Source: Deltaproteobacteria bacterium TL4
GTDB lineage: Bacteria > SAR324 > NAC60-12
NCBI GenBank assembly: GCA_051382335.1
Contig: JBBCAX010000037.1
Location: forward strand, 1 to 41,928
DNA length: 41,928 bases
Direction: 5' to 3'
The notes under the pieces: model-generated
Database searches by the model: none
What the model saw: the letters and a program-made list of their open reading frames with translations, nothing else
Told to the model about the DNA's origin: nothing
Shown: one piece after another, positions 27,410 to 37,400 of the stretch
Numbering within the stretch: the first letter of the stretch is position 1
Layout of the letters: each line of letters opens with the position of its first letter
Translations under genes and position numbers: made by a program

Positions 27410-30271
27410 TTATTCCACCTTTGCGTCAGCAAGCTTTGCCGGAAATTGGATCATGAAGGTCGAACCTACATTTAACTCACTTTCCACAGTAATGTTTCCT
27501 CCGAGCAATTGAATCATGCTTTTAACCAGCGCCAATCCCAGTCCTGTACCTTCGTAATTGCGAGTTGCGGAACCATCAACTTGTCTAAAAGAATCAAAAA
27601 TTGATTCGTGTTGATCTTTGGGAATGCCACAACCTGTATCTGCGACCGCAATAATAATCCATTCATTTTCCCGTGAAATGGTAACCGTAATCGCGCCTCC
27701 TTCGTCAGTAAATTTGATTGAGTTTCCGAGGAGGTTGATTAGAATTTGACGAATTTTGTTGGGATCCGATTGACATTGAAATTCTTCGGTCTTGAGATGG
27801 AGATTCAGTGTCATCGATTTACTGGCAACCAGGGATTCCAGCATCATTAAGACGTTCTCCACCACTTTTTTAATATTGAAAGGCACATTGGCCACTTCCA
27901 TGCGTCCTGCTTCAATTTTGGAAAGATCAAGTAAGGAATTGATTAGCGCCAGTAAATTCTGTCCACTTTGATGAATACGTCCCAAGCGATCTCGTTGGTA
28001 ATCTGTCAACGGATCATCATCATCATCATCCGAAAGCGCTTCAGCAAAACCAATAATGGCGTTGAGGGGGGTTCTCAACTCATGAGACATATTGGCCAAA
28101 AACTCACTTTTACTTCGAGTTGCGATTTCAAGTTCGACATTTGCCGCCTCCAATATTCGCTGTTGATCCTGGACGGTTTGAAAGGTCAGGGCGTTTTGAA
28201 TGGCAACCGCAAGCTGGGGAACTGTATTTTCAAGAAAGGAAATGGTACTTCCACGGAATTCTGAAACACTGGATAATAACAAGACGCCCAAGCATTTTCT
28301 TTGAAACATCAAAGGGTATCCCACAATGGCTTTGGGATAGCTGGACACAACGCCCAGGTGAAAGGACTTGCCCTGAGCAGGGTCAGGGTTTCGAATATGG
28401 ATCGGTTTTTTTGTACTGAAAATATGCAAGGGCAAGCCTTGTACTTGGTAAAATTCGGCATCCATCACTTGTTCATCAATGGTATAATAATTTTTCAAAA
28501 CTAAAGTTTGCTCATCCTGCCCTTGTAAATAAATCACACCCAGTTGAGAATTCGTGGTTTTTGCCAGGGTTTCCAGCGCATCACCGAGAATGGCGCTAAC
28601 ATCAAGAGAGTTAATCGCTTTTGCGATAATGGCCTGGGCTTGATCTAACTGCAGTTGATCCCGCAAGCGTTGGTTCTGCGCCTCAAGCTGATCAACCGCA
28701 TGCTGTTTTGCAAGACTCTGCGTTTCCAATTCTGAAACCATGTGTCGTTCCTGGGTTACGTTTCTCCAGTGTAAAACCACGCCCAGGTAAGTATCCTTGG
28801 CATCAAACAGCGGATTAAACGTCACCTCGATAATTTGGTTTCCCAGGGTGATATCCGTAGTAGGTGGAAGTTGATAGGGAGAGTGCAGTTGATGATATTC
28901 AATGGGAGAAAGATCGAGCAAAAAGTCGATATGTTCTCCCAGCATTTCTTCAGGAAGCGCAGGTAAAAAATCAGCAACGGCTTTTAATTCCTGCTGTGCC
29001 GCAGGATTAATATACTCTAACTCACGGCTGGGAGTGACCAACATTACCGGGGAGGGCGAATTGTCCAGGATCTGACGGCTTCGACTGGAATCCTTTGTTC
29101 GCTCATTCAGCGCGTCCAGCATTTCCTGGAACTCATGAGCTAACTCCCCGACCTCATCATCGGTTGTGATGTCAATATGACCGTAAAAATCCTCCTCTTT
29201 TACCTTTTGAACCGTATCACGAAGTTCTCTTAGCGCCTCAGCAATCTGGTTTCCCAGAAACCTGGAAAAGAAATACCCCAGGATTGAGATAGTCAGGGTA
29301 ACCCCCAAAAATAAATTGCCCCACACGGTTAACTCTTTTTGAATACGAACCACATTTCTTTGTGCAAATTCCGATTGATTTTCAACAATGGACCGGATTG
29401 CGTCTTCAATGTTTTTAGCAAGAGGAAGACTGCGAAACCTCATTTGGTATAAAGCCACATTCCATGAGTCCTCATTACGTTTACGTCTCAACTCTTCAAA
29501 TAAGGGCACAACGTCCTTCCAGTTTTTCAGAAATTGACGCCAATGCGAACGTTGCAAAGGTTCAAACAAAGCTTGTGTGGAGTCAACATCCAAGACCAAA
29601 CGTTGACTCTCTATCAAGGTCTCTCGAAAACCCTTCCACACCAGCTCTTCGCCTTGTAACAGATACTCTTGTAAATTTGATTGATGGAGCCAAAGATTTC
29701 CTTTTAATTCAACCAGATGCTTAAGAAAAGAGGGATAAGATTTGATATTGGGAGAGGTGTTTTCCAAAATTAAGGTCAAATTCCGAATCATGGTTGTCAT
29801 GAGCGGTCGAAGCTGAGTGTCAAATAACTCTTGAGAAGGAATATTTTGAGGAGTGTGGGCGATTAGATCCACTTCTTCCTGTCTTTTTTCCAACTCCAGG
29901 AGAATCAACCGAATGTCATAAAATTTTTTCACTTCGGTGGGACGCTCTCCTTCAAACTCCTGATCGGCATATAGTTTTTTCAACTGCTCCAACATGGGTT
30001 CGATTTCCAGCTCCCATGCTTGTAACCGCTCTTGACGGAATTGTTCGTGTCCAAATAAAACCCAACCTCGTTGTGCCGAAACCGAATGGTTCACACCATT
30101 GAGTAATTTAACCCATGCCAAGGCTGTAGGCTGATGTTTCTCAATAATGCGACTGGTCAGTTGTTTTTGACTTCTGAATTGAAAATAAAGAGCTAAATTC
30201 CCAATTATCGTAATGATCACGCTAAACAAAAAAACAACCAAAATCTTTTTACGTATTCTTTTAGGCATCAT
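27410..30271 (-). CDS. Orphan sensor histidine kinase: TM-periplasmic helical sensor-TM-HAMP-PAS-GAF-HisKA-HATPase_c
   Basis: H-box SHELRTPLNAIIG, N-box NLLGNSIKF, G1 DTGCGI and G2 GTGLGL; DEVGELA HAMP; GAF …PL….KCLGVL.L.S; no receiver domain. Confidence 0.93.
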   Translation of the reverse strand: MMPKRIRKKILVVFLFSVIITIIGNLALYFQFRSQKQLTSRIIEKHQPTALAWVKLLNGVNHSVSAQRGWVLFGHEQFRQERLQAWELEIEPMLEQLKKLYADQEFEGERPTEVKKFYDIRLILLELEKRQEEVDLIAHTPQNIPSQELFDTQLRPLMTTMIRNLTLILENTSPNIKSYPSFLKHLVELKGNLWLHQSNLQEYLLQGEELVWKGFRETLIESQRLVLDVDSTQALFEPLQRSHWRQFLKNWKDVVPLFEELRRKRNEDSWNVALYQMRFRSLPLAKNIEDAIRSIVENQSEFAQRNVVRIQKELTVWGNLFLGVTLTISILGYFFSRFLGNQIAEALRELRDTVQKVKEEDFYGHIDITTDDEVGELAHEFQEMLDALNERTKDSSRSRQILDNSPSPVMLVTPSRELEYINPAAQQELKAVADFLPALPEEMLGEHIDFLLDLSPIEYHQLHSPYQLPPTTDITLGNQIIEVTFNPLFDAKDTYLGVVLHWRNVTQERHMVSELETQSLAKQHAVDQLEAQNQRLRDQLQLDQAQAIIAKAINSLDVSAILGDALETLAKTTNSQLGVIYLQGQDEQTLVLKNYYTIDEQVMDAEFYQVQGLPLHIFSTKKPIHIRNPDPAQGKSFHLGVVSSYPKAIVGYPLMFQRKCLGVLLLSSVSEFRGSTISFLENTVPQLAVAIQNALTFQTVQDQQRILEAANVELEIATRSKSEFLANMSHELRTPLNAIIGFAEALSDDDDDDPLTDYQRDRLGRIHQSGQNLLALINSLLDLSKIEAGRMEVANVPFNIKKVVENVLMMLESLVASKSMTLNLHLKTEEFQCQSDPNKIRQILINLLGNSIKFTDEGGAITVTISRENEWIIIAVADTGCGIPKDQHESIFDSFRQVDGSATRNYEGTGLGLALVKSMIQLLGGNITVESELNVGSTFMIQFPAKLADAKVE

Positions 30272-30523
30272 AGCGGTAATTATTCCGTTAAAGAGTCCAG
30301 CGAACTTAAGGATGGAAAAATTTAAAAATCAACTTCATTATTCAGAAAGATGCCTGATATATCAGGTTTATCAAGAAATCTATCCTGACACAATGCAATT
30401 ATGGTGCTATCTGTTTTGTGTGTTGGAGGCACTGAAAAGCAAAGGTTGCGTCCTCTTCCAGTCAGAATGCGGATCAAGCTTCCTTCTCTTCAATAAAAAT
30501 GAGGTAATCTGAAGATTGACTTA

Positions 30524-30676
30524 GAATCGGTGCCTGTTAAACTCAATTCTGCGATCAAGGAGAATAGGTGCGGTATTTTCACTATTGCGATTGGGTGACA
30601 AGAAGCGGCGTTTTATTTTCCAAGCGTCGGATCTAAAACCTTCGCCTTTCAGGCGAATTAGCCTTTAGGCACCCTC
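30524..30676. mobile_element. Candidate degenerate MITE with IS5/IS1031-like ends and TTA target duplication
   Basis: TTA|GAATCGGTGCCT … TTTAGGCACCCTC|TTA: imperfect terminal inverted repeats sharing GGTGCCT/AGGCACC, flanked by TTA on both sides; 153 bp, non-coding. Confidence 0.35.
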
Positions 30677-30681
30677 TTATC

Positions 30682-30790
30682 AAAAAAATATAAAAGCCCA
30701 AAGGGCAACCGATCAAGGGCTTTACTTTAGTTCGCAGCTAGTCTGCGGGGCAGTCACCTTTCAGGTGCTTAAAACAAAATCCCCGTATGT
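30682..30790 (-). ncRNA. Candidate structured small RNA or attenuating leader
   Basis: Downstream of TTGACT-N17-TACCTG (30825-30797): CGGGG/CCCCG stem enclosing CACC-TGAAA-GGTG, an overlapping CGCAG/CTGCG hairpin, then an AAAGCCC/GGGCTTT hairpin and T-rich tract. Confidence 0.35.
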
Positions 30791-30886
30791 TATTAACAGG
30801 TAACAATTCATCCATTAAAAGTCAAGAAGAGGAAATACTGGGGTGAATCAGGACAATACCCAAAGACCTACCTCCAATCCCTTGAA

Positions 30887-31186
30887 CTATTGAGTTATTT
30901 GACTGCTTTGCGCCTTTGCCATTAATTCTAAAGGGGATGGCGGATACTCAAAATTAACAGTTGGTTCTTCTGGTTGTCCTGGATTTTGTGGAGCATCTTT
31001 CACCTCGCTGATCTCGCCAACATCATTAGTTTGCATATCGTTATCATTCGGAGGAGGCGTGGGTCCATTAACTCCAGTTTTCTCAGAACTAACAACTTCA
31101 GTGGGATCAGTTTCCTGTTCTTCTCCACAAGAAAGAAAAATCATTAGACTAGAAAGCACTACCAGTAGATAAAATAACTGTTTCAT
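30887..31186 (-). CDS. Small lipoprotein with acidic, Pro-rich disordered body
   Basis: AAAGGAG RBS; MKQ, hydrophobic core and FLSC lipobox; remainder low complexity (E/P/N/T). Confidence 0.75.
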   Translation of the reverse strand: MKQLFYLLVVLSSLMIFLSCGEEQETDPTEVVSSEKTGVNGPTPPPNDNDMQTNDVGEISEVKDAPQNPGQPEEPTVNFEYPPSPLELMAKAQSSQITQ

Positions 31187-31416
31187 AATACTCCTTTCAT
31201 ACTCGTGAGTTCACTGTTTTTTATGCTTAAGTTCCTAATAACTCGACTTTGAACAATTTGCTCAATATTACTCCTGAATAAAATCAGAGACTTATAAAGT
31301 CGTATTAGAATTAATGATAGGTTTGGCCTGAAAAACGGGAAATAATAACCTTGCATTAATTCATTCATAAAATAAAACCACTGATATTATTGAATAATTA
31401 AAACTAAAACCATGAA

Positions 31417-34400
31417 TCAAATGTTCAAAGTCCAGTAATAATCAACATTTGGACCTGTTCGCATCGTTGGAGGTATGTCGCTATGTCTTAGGTTTTTCGC
31501 GTTTTTCTCATCTGTAACCTCAATCCACACGGCTTCGCCTGGTTGAATCATTGTATTTTCAGGGAGTAAGACCAGATTTTTTTCTTCATAAGCCTTTTTT
31601 AATTGGATATCCGTGGTGAAAACATGCCACTGTTTTCCAGTGTATTTCCATAAAGAACGAATATTGGCATTTTGATCGGTGATATTCTTAAATCCTATTC
31701 CTTCCGCTGTTGTGGCATTTGAGTTTCCAATAAAATGCCAACCAGATGAAAGAGAGGGAATGATCTTTTCATCCAGGATGTCGTAATCCCCATTATCGGA
31801 AAACCTCAAGGTTACGGCATTATTCGTCAGTATCCAAATACCATCTCCAGGCAATAAAGGGGATGCGATTTTATTTACTTCTAATTTCAACAACGCATTT
31901 GATAGTTCACGATTAGAACTGTAGAAAGCCCATGTTTTAGGAACTGTTCGATAAACCCATACCGCGTCAACTGCCGCAAACTTTGTTTCCAACTCGGAAA
32001 CTTTTAAGCTTAAGTTTGCAGGCAAAGAGACAAGCTTGCCCCCTTGGGGAATAGCGAGGGTTTGTGCTTTATTCTCAACAACGATCTCCTTTGAAGTATG
32101 AGGTTCCTTTCCTATCAGGATCTGGGCTTCTCCCTCCACACTGATTTTTGTTTCTGTCCCTTCAAAGTCTTTGGTCATCGTCAGTTGGATAGAACCCGTT
32201 TGAGGATCCCCGTTTGCAGGGACAATAGTGACTGCTTTTTTTGATGCAATGTCCCGTCCCACAAAATAGGATGAAGGATTGATACTTGCTCTCGCGCCTT
32301 TTTCAGATGAATTTGAAGAGGGCAGATTGAGTGCGCTAACCACAACTATTTTTTTAGCAACATTATCAATCTCCACAGAAGAACCCGGTTGAATCTTAGG
32401 AAGGACAATGGATTCTGAATTTCCATCTATTCCTTTAACAGTCACCTCGACTTCAATTTCTCCATCAGCATTGGTTACTGTGCTGGTGGTTAGTGTTTTT
32501 CCGGAAGAGATACTCACTTCAGGGGTTTTGGATGTACTGACCCCTGTTTCTGTGACTTGAGTTTCTGTACCTACCGGCAGATGAACTTCTGTTGTTAAGT
32601 TTCCGACCTGAATTGAGTTGGTCATTGAGCCATCTTTTTCGATGGTGGTGGTAATGGCTTCCACATTTCCGCTCCCAAACGTTGGAATGGAAGAGATCGT
32701 CTGTACACCGGACACCTCATCTATCCAAACGGTCGCGCCTTTCGGAACCTCAGCTTTAGAACCGCCTTCACCTGTTAGTTTTTGCGGTTCTGGTGGTTCA
32801 GGTATTGTGCCGGGATCGTTACCCGAGTCAGTGCCTGAGGGATCAGAATCAGAAATCACCACTTCAGGGTCATTATCCAAGTTTTCCGTTGTGAAGTTTT
32901 TTTCAGGGATTTGTCCTTCATAATTGGGATCCAGAGATTTTGCCGGATCAAACAGGATATTAAAGGTCTGGTCCCCATCTTTGATCGAGTCATTAAGCCC
33001 TATAATTCTAATCGCATGTTCAGCGTTCCAGTTTTGATCGTTAAATAAGACAGTATTTGGTAATACCATGCCTTCGGTCATATCGGTACTTTTGATTTTA
33101 AGAAGAACGTCAGCGGCAGGTTTACTGCTCAACTTAATTGTAAAAGTGGCTTGGTCCTTATTTTCACTGGGTTTACCCGTGATTTCGGAGACGATAAATC
33201 TCGCTTCAGTAACATCCACATTCGTTACTTTGACATCCTCCAGTGGCAAATCATGATAGTTAGGGTCTAAAGAGTTGGATCTCGTTAACTGAATCAGGTA
33301 GGGCTGGTCTCCATCTTTCATCTCATCGCTGACACCGGTAACCGTTACAGGATGCGCTGTTTTCCAGTCTTCCTTAAGAATGATCAGTTCCGCGGGTTCA
33401 ATGATACCTTCTTTAGGGTTAGAACTACTGAATCCAATCTTGACGTTACTGAGAGGTTGGGTTTTAAGCTCGATTGTAAAAGTGGCCGTTGTTCCGTTTT
33501 CGTCCGTATTGCCACTGATGGAAGAAACCACAATTCCCGCTTCGTCATTATCGATATTGGTTACCTCAATGGCAGGTGGAATCTGATTGTTGTAACTGTT
33601 GTCTTTGGAAATCGATTTTCCTAAATTAATATTATAGCGTTGATCTCCATCTTTGATCATGTCATCTACTCCTGTGACAACAACCGTTTGATCGGTATTC
33701 CAATTATCAGGGGTAAACATCAATTCTGTGGATGAAAGCGTTCCTTCATGCAGATTCGAAGTCTTTAAGGGAAGTGTTACTGAAAAGAAGGGTTCACTGG
33801 AAAGACGAACCGTAAAGGAAGCTGTGCCCCCCTCTTCGGTGGTTGAGCCACTCATTTCACTAATGATAAATCCCGCGGAGTCATCATCCCGATTGATCAC
33901 TTCTACAGTAGGAGGGGTGAGGTTCTGGTAATGATCATCCAGGGAGGAGGCTGTTAATTGAATGCGATAATTCTGGCTTGCGTCAGCAAGAGAATCATTG
34001 ATTCCTAGCACCTTGACCGTTTGCGTGGAATTCCAATTTACAGGAGTAAAGACCAAAGTTTTTAGTTCTGTATCCCCTTCCCCTATATCAGAACTGCTCA
34101 GATTAAGAGTTACGGGATGGGTGGGTTGACTCCTCAATTTTACGGTAAATGTCGCGGAATCCCCGGATTCGCTGGTTTCGCCACTGATTGTTCCAAGTAC
34201 GATGCCAGCGATGTCATCATCAATGTTGATCACTTCAACATCCGCGGGATCAAGGTCCTGGTAATTAAGATCAGAAGACTCCGCTTTGGAAAGAATGATT
34301 TTATAGGCTTGATTCCCATCTTGAACATCATCATTCACTCCTGTAACCATAACTTTTTGAAAACTCTGCCAGTTTTCCGCAGTAAAGACCAAGCTGTCTT

Positions 34401-37400
34401 GGGAAATCGTCCCTTCTGTTGTATCGGAACTGCTTAAATGTATGGTAACATTCGATCCAGGCTGTTTCTTAAGTCGAACAGTAAAAGTTGCGCTCGTTTT
34501 TGCTTCATCCGTTTGACCCGAAATTTCAGAAACCATAAAGCCTCCGATATCATCATCTTCATTGATCACTGTCACATCATCAGGATTGAGCGCATTGTAA
34601 TGGGGATCATCCGAAATTATCTCACCCAAAATGACCTTAAAGGCCTGATCACCATCCAGTACCTCATCATTCACACCGGTAATAGTGATCGTGTGAACTC
34701 CATTCCAGTTATTTTCGGTCAGTGTTAGAGTTTTTGGTGAAACCACCCCTTCTGTGTTGTCAGAGGTACTCAGGGTAATGGAAACATCGGATACAGGCTG
34801 AGTATTGAGCTTGACGGTGAACGTAGCGGTTCCTCCCTGCTCGGTGGTCTTGCCGCTAATTGACGACACCGTAATTCCTGCCACATCGTCGTCCTCGTTG
34901 ATCACATTCACATCATCAGGTTTCATATCGTGGTAATTTGAATCCGCGGAAACCGCTTTGGACAACAGAATTTTAAAAGACTGATTTCCGTCCTGAACCT
35001 CATCATTCACACCGGTAATCATAACGGTATTTTGCGCATTCCAGTTATCGGGAGTTAAGGTCAATGTGCTGATTGAAACGGTTCCTTCTGAATTGTCTGA
35101 ACTGCTGACACCAATAACCACCTTCGCACTGGGCTGACTGGTGAGTTTGACGGTAAACGTCGCTGTGGTTTGTTGCTCGGTTGTATTTTTGCTGGTTGCT
35201 GAAATCACGAAACCCGGGGTTTCATTATCGACATTCACCACATTGACATTGGAGGGGTCGAGTCCATTGTAGTTTGAATCGGATGAAATCGCAGGAAATA
35301 AATGGATATAAAAAGCCTGGCTCCCATCTATTATCACATCATCCACCCCGGTAATGGTTACCGTTTGAATGGAATTCCAATTGTCAGGAGTAAATGTCAG
35401 GGAAGAGTGTGAAACAGTGCCTTCTCCTGTGTCCGAACTGCTTAAATCAAAGGAAACATTGGCGGTGGGTTTACTGGAAAGACGTACTGTAAAAGTGCTG
35501 CCGCTTCCATTTTCAGAGACAGGACCGCCTACGTTGCTAACCAAAAAACCTGCTGTGTCATTATCCGCATTGAATACTGTCACATCAGTTGGATTCAAGT
35601 TGTTATAGTTAGGATCACCAGATGTGGCTTGAGAAAGAATGATGCTCACCGGTTGATTGCCATCCACCAAAAAATCATCATGACCTGTGAGGGTAATGGT
35701 TTTCGCGGAATTCCAGTTATCCGGAGTAAAAGTCCAGGAACTTAAAGAAACCGTAACTTCATCACTGTCAGAACTACTAATCCCAACAGTAACATCACTA
35801 ACGGGTTTACTGGAAAGACGCATCGTAAAGGTTGCTGAACCCCCTTCTTCTGTGGGAGAGCCTTGTATCTCTCCAATCAAAAAACCCGCTTGGTCATCAT
35901 CAATATTAGTGACCGTCACAGGCAGCACTTGTAGAGAATTATATTTAGGATCGTTAGATGCTACTGAAAAGGCGATATTGAGAGTTTGATCGCCATCAGC
36001 CACATCATCATTCACTCCTGTAACCGTAACCGTCCATAGACCATTCCAATTGTCTGAAGTAAAGGTTAGCATTGAAGAGGAGATTGTCCCTTCAGTATAA
36101 TCTGAACTGTTTAACGCAAGATTGACATTCGCTGTAGGCTGGCTGTTGAGTTTGACCGTGAAGGTTGCTGTGCTCCCTTCTTCCGTGATATTGCCGCTGA
36201 TTGAGGAAACCGTTACTCCTGCCGTTTCATCATCAATATTATTTAGGGTAACATTCCTCAAATCATCTGCCACGAATGCTGAATCCGCAGAGGAAATCAG
36301 AGAAATAACGGCATTAAAAGTCTGGTCCCCATCGTCCACATTATCATCCACTCCGGTTACGGTAACGGTTTGCGGAGCATTCCAGTTGTCAGAGGTGAAG
36401 GTTAATTGACTTGGAGAAACGGTTCCTTCAGTGTTATCTGAACTTGCAATCCCCAACACCACATCCCCCTGAGGACGAGAAGTTAAATTAACCGAAAAGG
36501 TTGCCCACGTTCCACTTTCCTGAACATTGCCGCTAATACTGCCAATCGTGAATCCCGAAGTATGTGTGCTTACGTTAACCACTGTACCGATACTGCTTGT
36601 ATCATGTGTACTGATAGTTCCGCCACTGACCTGAATATCAGAAATACTGCCGCCATACATACTAACATTGGGAGAATCACTGAAAATGATGCTGGCCACT
36701 GTTCCTGAATCAGCCGATTGTAGTGTGGAATTGTATAAAGCCAAAGTGGAATTTCCACTAAACGTCGTTGCCTCAGTTGAAGAAAGCTCCACCGTTCCTC
36801 CTGTGGTGATAAGCACACCGCCAGAAATATTACCACCAGCGTTTAAAGCGATTGTTCCTCCTGTGCTGGTGATTAAACCATTGCTCATAGTTAAGGCGCC
36901 TAATAATATGAAATCTGCGGCACCAGTGATGATTCTCTCATTAACATGATCCAAAGTCACATTTTGAGTGACAGTTATATCGGAATTTGATGAGCTTAGT
37001 ACTAATGCGTGATCGTTCAAAGATAATTGTCCTATGCTAACAGCTTGATCGAAAGTTAAGACGCTATCTCCTGTTAAAATCAACTTGGTGGAGTTGTTCG
37101 CCTGAAATGTCCCTGTTGAGATGTTCAGAGAACCACTTAAGAGCAACGTACTGCCCCTTGTGTCCAGGGTTCCTTGAATGACTACCTCTCCGCCTATTTC
37201 AAGAGTACCACCTTCAAGGGCCAGTGTTCCGCTTATTTGTGTATTACCTATGATTATTAATTTTCCACCAGTTTTTATGGTGATTGTTCCACTGAATGGA
37301 GCGTTTGAACCGTCCCAGTTAAGAGTATATCCATTTGCGATAATGACACGGTCATCGGCTTGTCCACAGGAAGTGTTTCCAAAAATCAATAATCCACTGC

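Noticed and set aside
30213..30512. 99-aa plus-strand ORF
   Set aside because: Overlaps the kinase start on the opposite strand and has no recognisable motifs; likely spurious.
32866..36560. Diversity-generating retroelement or recombinational cassette array in the repeats
   Set aside because: The repeats are highly diverged at DNA level, with no near-identical TR/VR pair, and no reverse transcriptase or recombinase is present in the window.
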